Position numbers and translations under genes: made by a program. DNA of 64,000 nt from Candidatus Nitrospinota bacterium M3_3B_026 (GTDB taxonomy: Bacteria > Nitrospinota_A > UBA7883 > JBPRGF01): assembly GCA_051418015.1 (NCBI GenBank), contig JBPRGF010000017.1, positions 1 through 64,000 of the forward strand. Direction: 5' to 3'. Positions 1 to 9,330 of this stretch are shown here, piece after piece. How positions within the stretch are numbered: position 1 is the first letter of the stretch; every line of letters starts with the position of its first letter. A model generated the notes under the pieces. That model worked only from the letters and a program-made list of their open reading frames with translations. It did no database searches and was not told the origin of the DNA.

Positions 1-82
1 CGACAAATCGAAAATCATCTGCCGCTCCACCTGGAACAAGGACATCCAGGTCGACGAGACGGGCAGCGACGAGCCGGTGTAG
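1..82 (+). CDS. 3' end of an unidentified CDS (partial, runs off the window)
   Basis: Open frame from base 2 (DKSKIICRSTWNKDIQVDETGSDEPV) ending TAG at 80-82, same strand as the downstream operon. Confidence 0.45.
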   Translation, partial: DKSKIICRSTWNKDIQVDETGSDEPV

Positions 83-149
83 CCATGCGGGGGCTTCTTT
101 GACATGCTGATCCTCTTGAACAGCTTCATCGGAGAATCGACTTTGCCCT

Positions 150-1175
150 ATGCGTGATTTACAGGTAGTAGGCGTAGCCGTCAGCGTCGCGATAGCCTTG
201 TACGGCTATTGGCGTTACAGGCAGGATGTCTGGTCGAGGTTTGACATCCTCATCACCTTCGGCGCCGCTTTCCTCCTGCTGACCGTCAGTCTCGTGCCCG
301 CCATCGGCGATCTGGTGGCCGGGCCGCTGGAGATGCAGCGCTGGAACGCCGTCATTTTTATCTCGGTTGCGCTGCTGTTCGCCCTTTACCTGCACGCAAT
401 CAACAGGATAACGCTCAACACCCGCGACATCACCAGCCTGACACACTCGCTGGCGCTCCGGGAGTTCGTCAAGGAGCGCCCGGAGCTTTTCGACACCGAG
501 ATAGTGGTCATTATCCCCGCGTACCAGGAGGAGGACAACATAGGCGCCGTGCTGGACGCCATGCCACCGCATGTCCTCGGCAGGAAGCTTTCCGTTGTGG
601 TCGTCGTGGACGGCGATGTCGACAGGACAGAGCTGATATCACGCGAAATGGGGGCCTATGCGGTGGTCCACGCCATCAACCGAGGGGGAGGCTCCGCCCT
701 CCGCACCGGCTACCGGCTGGCTATCGAGTCGAAGGCGGACATCATCGTCACATGCGACGCCGACGGGCAGAACATGCCCCAGGAGATCGAAAAACTCGTG
801 AATCCGATCATCGAGGGGAAGGCCGATTTCGTCAACGGCTCGCGCATTCTGGGAACGTTCGAGAAGGAGAGCGCGATCCGCGTTGTGGGGATATTCGTTT
901 TCAACCGGCTCATCTCCCTGCTCCTCGGGATGAGGGTTACCGACAGCTCCTGCGCTTTCCGGGCCATCCGCCGGGACATCCTCGCCCGGATGAGGCTTTA
1001 CCAGGACCAGTTCCACACTTCGGAGTTCCTGATCGAGGCTATACGCAAAGGCGCCAGGTTTCTCGAAGTGCCCATCACATGGAAGCGCCGCCGGGCCGGC
1101 GACACGAAAAAACCCCCCTCCCTTCACTATGGCTGGGGCTATCTCAAGGCGATCATGAACACGTGGCTCCGCTGA
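150..1175 (+). CDS. GT2 polyprenol-phosphate glycosyltransferase (DPM-synthase-like) with N-terminal DUF2304-like membrane domain
   Basis: Three N-terminal hydrophobic helices, then IIPAYQEE, VVVDG, NRGGGSA, CDADGQ (DxD), FRAIRR, EVPI motifs. Confidence 0.85.
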   Translation: MRDLQVVGVAVSVAIALYGYWRYRQDVWSRFDILITFGAAFLLLTVSLVPAIGDLVAGPLEMQRWNAVIFISVALLFALYLHAINRITLNTRDITSLTHSLALREFVKERPELFDTEIVVIIPAYQEEDNIGAVLDAMPPHVLGRKLSVVVVVDGDVDRTELISREMGAYAVVHAINRGGGSALRTGYRLAIESKADIIVTCDADGQNMPQEIEKLVNPIIEGKADFVNGSRILGTFEKESAIRVVGIFVFNRLISLLLGMRVTDSSCAFRAIRRDILARMRLYQDQFHTSEFLIEAIRKGARFLEVPITWKRRRAGDTKKPPSLHYGWGYLKAIMNTWLR

Positions 1176-1185
1176 GCCCTGCGAG

Positions 1186-2214
1186 ATGACGCATCCTCCC
1201 GAGCCCCGGGCCCCCGGGCGGCTGAGCCTGAAGCCGATCGCCCGTTTCGGCGCCGCTTTCCTCCTGCTGGCGGTTTTTATATACGTTTTCAGGGGCATAG
1301 AATGGCGGCGCCTGTGGCAGGTGGACATGTTCTGGCTCCTGATGTCCTTTTTATCCCTCGCCGGGGTCAACCTCGTCGCCGCGGCCCGCTGGCGCTATGT
1401 CCTGGGCCTGCTCCACAAGGAGAAAAAGATCGGCGTGGTGACTCTCTTTTACCTCAACGCGACATCCAACATGCTCAACATCGTCGGGTTGGGGGCGGGG
1501 GTGTCGATGGCCGCGCGCCCCTTGCTGCTCAGAACCGAGGCCGGGGTGGGGCTCGCCAAGGGAGCTTATTCGGTGATGGTGGACAGGATCCTTGACCCTC
1601 TGTTGAGCGCGATAGTGGCCGCCGTGACCCTCGCCTACCTGACGGGCGCGCTGGAGCTTGAGCAGGCGGGTTGGGCTCTGGGCGGGATCGGAGCCTTGAT
1701 GCTGCTGGCGGCGGCGCTTTCCGATAAAGGCTCGCGACGCCTCTTCACGTCGGCTGTCGCGGTGATGGAGTGGATGCTCAAAATCACCGCCGGGCTGTGG
1801 CGCCGCCTGAAGGGAGGCGGCGAAAAGGGCGCCCCCTCCTCGCTGGCCGGAGCGTCGAAAGCGCTGGAAAACCTGTCGCCGCGGGTCCTCCTGGGTTACA
1901 GCATGGCGAGACTGGCGCTGTTCGCGTTGCGGATGCAATTCATGGCCTACGCGTTCAACGTTCCGCTGCCTTTCGTCCTGGCCCTGCTGGGCCTTGGGGT
2001 CGTTGTCGTGGCCACCCTGGCCGTCCCGACTCCGGGGGGGATCGGGGTGGAGGAGTGGAGCTGGCTCGGCCTGTGTCTACATTACGGGATGACAGCCTCC
2101 GACGCGGCCCTGATGGCCGTCGGGTTCCGGCTTCTTGGCGTTCTGCTTGCCCTTGCGGTGTATCTTGTCGGCCTGGGGGCGCGGATGATTTCGGCGGATC
2201 CCGCGGCCGCATGA
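1186..2214 (+). CDS. Lysylphosphatidylglycerol-synthase TM / YbhN-type flippase-like membrane protein
   Basis: Many TM helices, ARWRYVL, DRILD, PTPGGIGVEE motifs. Confidence 0.8.
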   Translation: MTHPPEPRAPGRLSLKPIARFGAAFLLLAVFIYVFRGIEWRRLWQVDMFWLLMSFLSLAGVNLVAAARWRYVLGLLHKEKKIGVVTLFYLNATSNMLNIVGLGAGVSMAARPLLLRTEAGVGLAKGAYSVMVDRILDPLLSAIVAAVTLAYLTGALELEQAGWALGGIGALMLLAAALSDKGSRRLFTSAVAVMEWMLKITAGLWRRLKGGGEKGAPSSLAGASKALENLSPRVLLGYSMARLALFALRMQFMAYAFNVPLPFVLALLGLGVVVVATLAVPTPGGIGVEEWSWLGLCLHYGMTASDAALMAVGFRLLGVLLALAVYLVGLGARMISADPAAA

Positions 2215-2227
2215 GGAATTAGATGGA

Positions 2228-3175
2228 ATGGACGAAATGACGCCGGGCTTCCGTACGGTTCACGTGGTGGGGCCTCCGCGGACCGGCACCACCGTCCTCG
2301 GGGACATCCTGGCGCGGCGGCCTGGAATATCCTGCTGGGTTGAGCCATATTTCGTGTGGGACCGGAGCTTCCGGGACGCTCCCGACGACCAGCGTGGAGC
2401 CGAAGAGGCGGCCCCGGCTGTAGCGCGCCAGATCAGGCGGGACTTCGAGAAGTACTCCCGCCTCACTGGAGCCCGGTGGGTCATAGACAAGTCCCCCCGC
2501 AACTGCCTGAAGATACCCTTCATCCGGGCGGTGTTCCCGGGCGCGAAATTCCTGGTCACGGAACGCGACGGCAGGGACACCGTGCGTTCCATGATGAAAG
2601 AGCGTGAGGCGGCGAGGGAGTATCTCTCCCCCTTCGGGCTGTTTCGTGAGCTAATGTTTGGCGAACTCAAAAACATGTTTGAGTATCATCCTTTCTGGAC
2701 GTTTCGCGCGCGCCAGTTGCTCTTTTACCTCGGCCCGCCCCGCGATTTCCTGAGAGGAAAGCTGCTGCCGCAAACCAGATGGGATGGAACATCCGGCTGG
2801 GGGCCCAGGTTCCCTGGCTGGAGGGAGATCATTGATAGAGTGACGCCTCTGGAGTTTTGCTGCCACCAATGGGTTCACACCACCATGGCCGCCAGGCGGG
2901 CGCTGAAAGAGGCGCCGCCGGAGTCTTGCCGGCTGGTTCGCTACGAAGAACTTGTGGAGAGGCCCCGGGAGATTCTGGCCGAGCTGTTCGACTTGCTGGG
3001 GCTGGACGTCTCCGGCGCGGAGCTGGAAAACATCCCCGTCATGCGCAAGGAGAGCGTCGGCGGATGGAGGAAGGTTTTCGGCCGTGAACAGCTGAGAAGC
3101 ATCGGCCCCATACTGGGGCCGGCGCTGGTGGAGCTTGGATACGAGCGGGATGAAGCCTGGTGGCGGAGCCTGTGA
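2228..3175 (+). CDS. Sulfotransferase family protein
   Basis: 5'-PSB loop GPPRTGTT, DKSP, 3'-PB RDGRDTVRS, VRYEELV. Confidence 0.85.
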   Translation: MDEMTPGFRTVHVVGPPRTGTTVLGDILARRPGISCWVEPYFVWDRSFRDAPDDQRGAEEAAPAVARQIRRDFEKYSRLTGARWVIDKSPRNCLKIPFIRAVFPGAKFLVTERDGRDTVRSMMKEREAAREYLSPFGLFRELMFGELKNMFEYHPFWTFRARQLLFYLGPPRDFLRGKLLPQTRWDGTSGWGPRFPGWREIIDRVTPLEFCCHQWVHTTMAARRALKEAPPESCRLVRYEELVERPREILAELFDLLGLDVSGAELENIPVMRKESVGGWRKVFGREQLRSIGPILGPALVELGYERDEAWWRSL

Positions 3176-3219
3176 TCCGTGAGGGCGGACGCCTCGCGCC
3201 CATTCGGGCAGCGAAGTTA

Positions 3220-3993
3220 TCAGACACGGTGCCACTTCCACATTCTGGCGGGGCCGAAGTCTCCGATGATCGGCAGCCGCATGGAAAGCAGGTTTATATC
3301 CGAGTCGTATCTTAATTCTTCTCCCTCGTCGGCGGCCAGCTTCGCGTAGACAACGCGGCTGAGAAAATAGTACGTGCTGGAGAAGGGGATGACTTCCAGC
3401 AGCTCCGCCGCGGAGCCTCCCCAGCCGGAGACCGAACCTTCATCGAGGAATACATTGTGCCACGGCGGGTTTATGGCCTCGAGGCCCAGCGACAGCCGTA
3501 TTTTGTTTATGCGCTCGAGGCCCTGCGCGCTGCTTTCGATCATGAAGTAGACGCCTCCGGGCCTGAGCAGGCCAATGATCGACGAAAAAGCCTCGCGCTG
3601 CTCCTTTTCACCAGCAAGGTTTATCAGGCTGCGCTCGGTTATGGCGCAATCGAACCCCGCCCCTATTTGTTCGGGAAACACAAGTAGCTCCCCTTCCATG
3701 AAATCAAGAAGATCAGTCAGCCCCTTGCTTTGCGCATTCTCTCTGGCCAGGGCTACCATGCCTTCGGAGAAATCGAAACCGGCGCCTGAGCATCCGCGCT
3801 TTTTCGCCAGTTCGATCAGCGTGTCTCCGTTGCCGCACCCGGCGTCCACCACGCGCGAGTTTTCCGGAACCTCCCTGAGCAGAAGCTCAAGTTCAAGCTG
3901 TTTCAGGATAAAGTCGTCAGTTCCGGCGGTCTCTTTCAATCTGGCGCGCTCTTCCCAGAAAGAGCGCTTCGCCCTCGAGGGCTGCTCATTCAT
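3220..3993 (-). CDS. Class I SAM-dependent methyltransferase
   Basis: VVDAGCGNG, GFDFSEGMV; ATG at 3993 overlaps the upstream stop (ATGA). Confidence 0.85.
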   Translation of the reverse strand: MNEQPSRAKRSFWEERARLKETAGTDDFILKQLELELLLREVPENSRVVDAGCGNGDTLIELAKKRGCSGAGFDFSEGMVALARENAQSKGLTDLLDFMEGELLVFPEQIGAGFDCAITERSLINLAGEKEQREAFSSIIGLLRPGGVYFMIESSAQGLERINKIRLSLGLEAINPPWHNVFLDEGSVSGWGGSAAELLEVIPFSSTYYFLSRVVYAKLAADEGEELRYDSDINLLSMRLPIIGDFGPARMWKWHRV

Positions 3994-4751
3994 GGGTTTG
4001 CCCTGGCGAACAAGAGGTTGCATGAATGACCGATCCTCCGCTCGGGCTCGAAATTGTCCTGCGGCATGGGCCGCTCCTCACCGTGTATCCTGGCGATGTA
4101 CGAGGACTTAAAAACCAGCCTGTAGCCGTTTTTTTCCATTTCGCCGATGACCTCGGCGGTGTTGAAGAACCAGACGGGTATGCGGGACGTGTAATACCGT
4201 TGCAGGGTGGCGAATGTCTCTATGTCCCCGGCGGGCAGATCCTCGATGAGAAAAAACGGGGCACCGAGGGAGGACAGCTCCCCGAGCAGCCCGCGCCAGT
4301 TCTCTATATAGTGAAGCGAAGAGCCGAGATGGACGATATCGACCGCCCCGATGTCCCCGGGTATCACGGTGTGAAATTTCACATCGGGCTCATCGGCGAA
4401 GAATTCCGCCCCCGCTTTCGCCACGGCCTCTTTTTCCACAACGTGGAATTTCAGGCCGAGTTTTCCCGGAAGCGCGACGCGTGTTTCGTAATACAGCCTC
4501 CCCATGCCGCCGCCGAAATCGAGGACTGTGACGCGGTTTTTCCCGATCCCCGCCGTTGCCGCCACAACGGGCGCGACGCTCTCCCTGAATCCGCATACCG
4601 ATGGCGTTGTTTTCCTATCCATAGCTGCCCGGCGTATTTTCTCCATTTCGGCGAGAGAACGGCTTATCCAGGTTTCGCCGTCAAAGGCGGCGCCGGTGGC
4701 GGGCACCCCGCGAAAGGAGGGGTAGACCCCTTCCCACACCGGCTCTTTCAT
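3990..4751 (-). CDS. Putative methyltransferase (TIGR04325-like)
   Basis: WEGVYPSF N-terminus, VLDFGGGMG, GSSLHYIENW. Confidence 0.75.
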   Translation of the reverse strand: MKEPVWEGVYPSFRGVPATGAAFDGETWISRSLAEMEKIRRAAMDRKTTPSVCGFRESVAPVVAATAGIGKNRVTVLDFGGGMGRLYYETRVALPGKLGLKFHVVEKEAVAKAGAEFFADEPDVKFHTVIPGDIGAVDIVHLGSSLHYIENWRGLLGELSSLGAPFFLIEDLPAGDIETFATLQRYYTSRIPVWFFNTAEVIGEMEKNGYRLVFKSSYIARIHGEERPMPQDNFEPERRIGHSCNLLFARANP

Positions 4752-5839
4752 CTGAAAAACCTCCGTATGGCCTCGGCCACGGCGAGCGCCCTGTCTTTGC
4801 CCAGTTCGGGAAACATCGGGAGGCTGACGACCCTTTCGGCGGCTCTTTCCGTGACGGGCAGGGTGGCGTTCGCGTTTGCGTAGGCCGGCTGCTTGTGGAC
4901 CGGGACGGGGTAATGTATCGCCGCGCCGACCCCCTCCTTTTTCAAGTGGGCGATGAGCCTTTCCCTTTCGCCGGTGGCGGCGACGTAAAGGTGATAGACA
5001 TGACGGGAGTCCCGCGCCTCGCCGGGGAGCTGAAGCGGGGTGTCTTTCAACGACTCGTTATACACGGCGGCCCAGGCGCGGCGGGCTTCGTTGTCCTCGT
5101 CCAGGCCGCGAAGCTTCACCCGGAGGATGGCCGCCTGCAGTTCGTCGAGCCTTGAGTTCCAGCCGTGGATATGGCTTACGTATCTTTGTTTCCAGCCGTA
5201 TTCCCTGAGCAGGCGTATCTTTTCCGCCAATTCCACGCTGTTTGTAACGATGGCCCCACCGTCGCCAAAGGCGCCGAGATTTTTCGTGGGGTAAAAGGAG
5301 AAGCAGCCCACCGTTCCCCAGGAGCCGACCCGGCGCCCGCGCCACATGGCGCCGTGGGCCTGGGCGCAATCCTCCACGAGGGCCAGCCCGCGCCGGGAGC
5401 AAATATCGGCCAGCGCGTCCAGGTCAGCGGGATGGCCGTACAGACTCACGGCGGCGACGGCTTTCGTCCTGCCGGTCACCGCCCGCTCGACCTCGGCCGG
5501 GTCGAGGGTGTACGTGGCGGGAGCGATATCGGCGAACACGGGCGTTGCGCCGGTTTCTGCTATGGCCGCCACGGTCGCCACCGCCGTATGGGAAGGTGTT
5601 ATAACTTCGTCGCCGGGGCCTGCGCCGAGGGCGGCGAGGGACAGGCGGAGCGCGTCGGTGCCGGAGCCGACGCCGACACAGTGACCCGCGCCGGTGTAAG
5701 CGGCGAACTCCGCTTCGAAAGCGCTTACCTCCTCGCCGAGGATGTAGCGCCCTCCCGCCAGGACGCCCATGACAGCCGTGTCGATCATGTCCTTCCTGGC
5801 CGTGTAACCGGCCAGGGGGTCGGCGACGGGGATTTTCAA
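4748..5839 (-). CDS. DegT/DnrJ/EryC1/StrS sugar aminotransferase
   Basis: EDCAQAHGA, FSFYPTKNLGAFGDGG (PLP Lys), NSRLDELQAA; TTG start coupled to the upstream TGA. Confidence 0.92.
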   Translation of the reverse strand: MKIPVADPLAGYTARKDMIDTAVMGVLAGGRYILGEEVSAFEAEFAAYTGAGHCVGVGSGTDALRLSLAALGAGPGDEVITPSHTAVATVAAIAETGATPVFADIAPATYTLDPAEVERAVTGRTKAVAAVSLYGHPADLDALADICSRRGLALVEDCAQAHGAMWRGRRVGSWGTVGCFSFYPTKNLGAFGDGGAIVTNSVELAEKIRLLREYGWKQRYVSHIHGWNSRLDELQAAILRVKLRGLDEDNEARRAWAAVYNESLKDTPLQLPGEARDSRHVYHLYVAATGERERLIAHLKKEGVGAAIHYPVPVHKQPAYANANATLPVTERAAERVVSLPMFPELGKDRALAVAEAIRRFFR

Positions 5840-7053
5840 GATATTTCGACTTTCGGGACGTACTTGAGCCATCTGCCTCCGGCCTCCATGAAGCGCCGCT
5901 CCTTTTTCATGATCTCCTCGGCGTGGTTCCAGGCGAAGAGCAACGCCACGTCGGGATATGCGGCGGCGAACTCCTCATACGGCTTGATCGGGATGTGGGC
6001 GCCAGGGCTGAAGCGGCCCTGCTTGGAAGGCGTAGTGTCGCTGATGTACTCCACGAGGTCCGTGGTGATGCCGCAGTAATTGATAACGGTTGTGCTCTTG
6101 GATGTGGCTCCGTAGCCTGCGACACGCTTCCCCTGTTTCTTCAGGTCCGTGAGAGTTCTTATGAGATCATCACGTGAGCGGGCCACGGAGTCAGCGAACT
6201 CGCGCATTCGCTCAAGATCCCCCATCCGCATCCTTTTTTCCTTCTCCCGGAGCGCCTCCACCATACCGCTCACTTTATGCGCCCCTTTCCGGGCGATGAT
6301 GTAGCGCATTTCGCCGCCGTGAACGGGCTGGGGCTGAACGTCGATCACCTCCAGGCCGTAGCGTTCCGCCAGGAAAGAGACGGCGGTGAGGGAAAAATAG
6401 AAAACATGCTCGTCGTATATCTGGTCGTAAGAGGTTTTCTCGAGTATGTCGCCCCAGTACGGATCCTCGAAGATCAGCACACCGGCCGGCTTTAGCAGGG
6501 CGGTGACACCCTCGAAAACCGAGTCCAGGTATGGTATGTGGCACATGACGTTGGCGGCGAGCACGGCGTCGGCCTCCCCTTTTTCGGACCTGATCCTCTC
6601 CGCCAGGTCCTTGTCGAAAAACTCGCATATGGTCTCGATCCCCCTGGAACGCGCCGCCTCGGCCACGTTCGCCGAAGGCTCCACTCCCAGACTCGGGACG
6701 CCAGCCTCGGCGAAATTGCGCAGCATGATGCCGTCGTTGCTGCCTATCTCGACCACCAACGGGTCATCATCAATGTACGAGTCCATCACCATCAGCGCGA
6801 ACCGCCTGAAGTGCTCGGCCATGTAGCGGGAGATCGAGGAGAAGTAGGCGTAGTTCTCATGGAACATCATCTCCCTGGAAGGCTGTTCGACGAGCTGCAC
6901 CAGGAAACAGGAGGGACAGAACGCCAGGCGCATGCCGAAAAAATATTCGTCCCCGCCCACCTGCTCTGGCGGGATGAAAGCGTTGGCGATAGGCTGTTTT
7001 CCGAAATCGAGAAACTCGTGGATGTTATCTCCACAGAACCGGCACGTTTTCAT
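5836..7053 (-). CDS. NDP-hexose C-methyltransferase (Zn-binding N-terminus)
   Basis: CRFC...CPSC Zn site, EIGSNDG, YDEH, HGGE, GYGATSKS, FAWNH. Confidence 0.88.
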   Translation of the reverse strand: MKTCRFCGDNIHEFLDFGKQPIANAFIPPEQVGGDEYFFGMRLAFCPSCFLVQLVEQPSREMMFHENYAYFSSISRYMAEHFRRFALMVMDSYIDDDPLVVEIGSNDGIMLRNFAEAGVPSLGVEPSANVAEAARSRGIETICEFFDKDLAERIRSEKGEADAVLAANVMCHIPYLDSVFEGVTALLKPAGVLIFEDPYWGDILEKTSYDQIYDEHVFYFSLTAVSFLAERYGLEVIDVQPQPVHGGEMRYIIARKGAHKVSGMVEALREKEKRMRMGDLERMREFADSVARSRDDLIRTLTDLKKQGKRVAGYGATSKSTTVINYCGITTDLVEYISDTTPSKQGRFSPGAHIPIKPYEEFAAAYPDVALLFAWNHAEEIMKKERRFMEAGGRWLKYVPKVEIS

Positions 7054-7126
7054 GGTGTAACCTTTGCTTATTACGATAGCCGCGGGCCGCGTCCGCTGAT
7101 GGAACAAGTCAAACGTGTCATGGCCT

Positions 7127-9187
7127 TCAAGCCGCTTTCGGCTCCTTCATGAAAAACCTCCTGACCAGGGAGTATAACCGCCGGGCCATCTCCGACCATG
7201 CGAAAAATCCACCGAAGACCACCAGCGGAAAGTATATAGCCTTCCATCGCGCGGAGAAATGGCCGGGGAAGAAATAAAAATGAAAAATCGCCATGAAGTA
7301 AAAGAAGAGCGTTGTCCACCAGATTTCCTTCGGCCCCCGGTAAAGCAGCAAGGGGGCTGCCAGGAATATTCCAATGAGAAGTATTCTGTAAAACCTCTCC
7401 TGGTTTACTTCCAGCCGCGCGTTTTCGAGGAACGTGTTTTTGACCATGCGAATCCTGCCGCCCACTCCCCATTCACCGATCCACCATTTCTTGATGCTCT
7501 CGGCCAATTTCTCCACCTGTGCGACAGGCTGAGACATGATGATGGCGGCGTTGTCGGCCACCGCGGCGGCCAGGAACGCTACCGTCCCGTAGTTCGAGTA
7601 ATCTCTGCCGGAATAGATGTAGTTCTTCTTGGCGTCGGCGTAGCGAAGCTCGGTGATGGGGACAAAGTCGGCGAACTCCCCGAGCTCCCCCTTGCTTTTA
7701 TAGATTCCGTAAGGAAGCCATATGATGAACACCAGCGCCAGGGCGAGCGCCGCCTGCCCTGCCCTGCGCGGCCAGCTCCCCTCCGCTTTCATGAGCCAGG
7801 CCAGCGCCATCAACGGCAGGTAAATGATGGTTATATCCCGCGCGTAACACGCGACCGCGTAGCAGGCCGCCGACAGGAGAATCTGGTATGGGATGGTGTC
7901 GCGCCGCCATCGGAAAAAAGCGAAGAACACCGACAGGAAAAGGAACGTCATCGCCAGCGTTTCCGTCAGGCTGAACACCTGGTACGGCATCGGACGCAGG
8001 AACACCGTCCAGAAAAGGACGCTCAACGCGGCGACAACGCGGCTTTTCGTGAGGTTGTAACACAGCGCCACCAGCAACAGGCCGATGAGGGTGTGCATAA
8101 AAACGTGCGCCACCTTTGCGGGGAAGGGATGGGCGCCGAAAAAGAAATGGAGAACCGTGTTCATCGCCGGGTAGCCGACGGGTGTCCTTCTCGCGCCGGG
8201 GTAGTCCCAGTTGGAGTAGGCGTTCATGGCCGCCGTGTGGTAAGTGGCCGAGTCCCACCACAGGGTATCCCGGAGTTCCATATCAAACCATGTCCCGGCG
8301 GGAGACGATTCGTAGTTCTGGAGCATGCAAAGACGCAGCGACAGCGTGGCGATGAACAGAGCAAGAAGCGCCACGGTCGCGTAGGGCCTTTCACGGAGGC
8401 CGCGCCACGCGAGGAAACCGGTCAGCCCCAGGGCCACGAGAAACCCGGCGAGAAACAGCCCTTTCCCGACGGCCTTCCAGCTCACCAGCCCCGTCTTGAC
8501 CGAAACGCGCCAGAACAGGTCCCACGGATATCCTTGGAAGGTCTCCGCCCACACCTGGGCCGCGGTTTTTTCGACACCGCCCTCCTTGTCCGCCGCGATG
8601 ATCTCGCCGCTGGACTCGCCGCGGATGGATACCGGCGCAGGAACGGACGTCCGCGTCTTCAGTGGCTCAAGGCTTCCATCCGGCAGCCTTATCAAGGGCG
8701 GACGGGCCTCTCCGGCGGGCGCGGCGGCGGGCGGTATAAGGGAGCCCCAGATTGTCAGCCTGCCGCCGGGGTCGTCGTTCTTGTAGGTGAACGTTATGTT
8801 CCCGTCCCACGAGGAGGGCGGATCCTCCAGCGGGAAGGCGTGCCACGCGGGATATTTGCCCGAGGAAAGAGGGTATGTCTTTCCGTTGATGACGACATGT
8901 CCTGGAGCGTGGCCTCCAGCGGCATGACCGAAAAGCTCCAAAGCCATGGCCCCCGCCGGGAGCTTCCCGGCGACTTTCGTCCGAACCGTCACCTCCTGCC
9001 CAGGCTCGATCGCGTATTGAAACCAGGGCAGCTGTATGCCCCGCGCGTACTGAACGAAACCGGGATGGGCGCCGAAATAGGAGAAATTTCCGTCGCGGGC
9101 GACCATCAGGACGGCCCCGGCGATCATTAGAAGCGCCGCGGTCAGGAGCCATCGCGCCCAGAGCCTCCACACGCGGTCATTTTCCAT
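7127..9187 (-). CDS. Large polytopic membrane protein, GT-C (ArnT/PMT-like) glycosyltransferase candidate
   Basis: N-terminal TM + soluble domain, then WDSATYH, RTPVGYP, LTETL and about 10 TM helices. Confidence 0.6.
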   Translation of the reverse strand: MENDRVWRLWARWLLTAALLMIAGAVLMVARDGNFSYFGAHPGFVQYARGIQLPWFQYAIEPGQEVTVRTKVAGKLPAGAMALELFGHAAGGHAPGHVVINGKTYPLSSGKYPAWHAFPLEDPPSSWDGNITFTYKNDDPGGRLTIWGSLIPPAAAPAGEARPPLIRLPDGSLEPLKTRTSVPAPVSIRGESSGEIIAADKEGGVEKTAAQVWAETFQGYPWDLFWRVSVKTGLVSWKAVGKGLFLAGFLVALGLTGFLAWRGLRERPYATVALLALFIATLSLRLCMLQNYESSPAGTWFDMELRDTLWWDSATYHTAAMNAYSNWDYPGARRTPVGYPAMNTVLHFFFGAHPFPAKVAHVFMHTLIGLLLVALCYNLTKSRVVAALSVLFWTVFLRPMPYQVFSLTETLAMTFLFLSVFFAFFRWRRDTIPYQILLSAACYAVACYARDITIIYLPLMALAWLMKAEGSWPRRAGQAALALALVFIIWLPYGIYKSKGELGEFADFVPITELRYADAKKNYIYSGRDYSNYGTVAFLAAAVADNAAIIMSQPVAQVEKLAESIKKWWIGEWGVGGRIRMVKNTFLENARLEVNQERFYRILLIGIFLAAPLLLYRGPKEIWWTTLFFYFMAIFHFYFFPGHFSARWKAIYFPLVVFGGFFAWSEMARRLYSLVRRFFMKEPKAA

Positions 9188-9330
9188 GCCCGGTTCTTTT
9201 TCCATGAACGCCGTGAACATCACGCCAAAAAGAAAAACCCTCGAATATCATGAAGTTGCGAAGACGTCAGCCCACACAAGGCTAACAACTTAGCACTCGC
9301 CAACCCGATTCTCAACTTTTAGTTTATAAT

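Noticed and set aside
9280..9295. GCTAAC...TTAGC palindrome near the AT-rich gene as an integron attC site
   Set aside because: Does not fit RYYYAAC/GTTRRRY boxes or attC length; no integron integrase present
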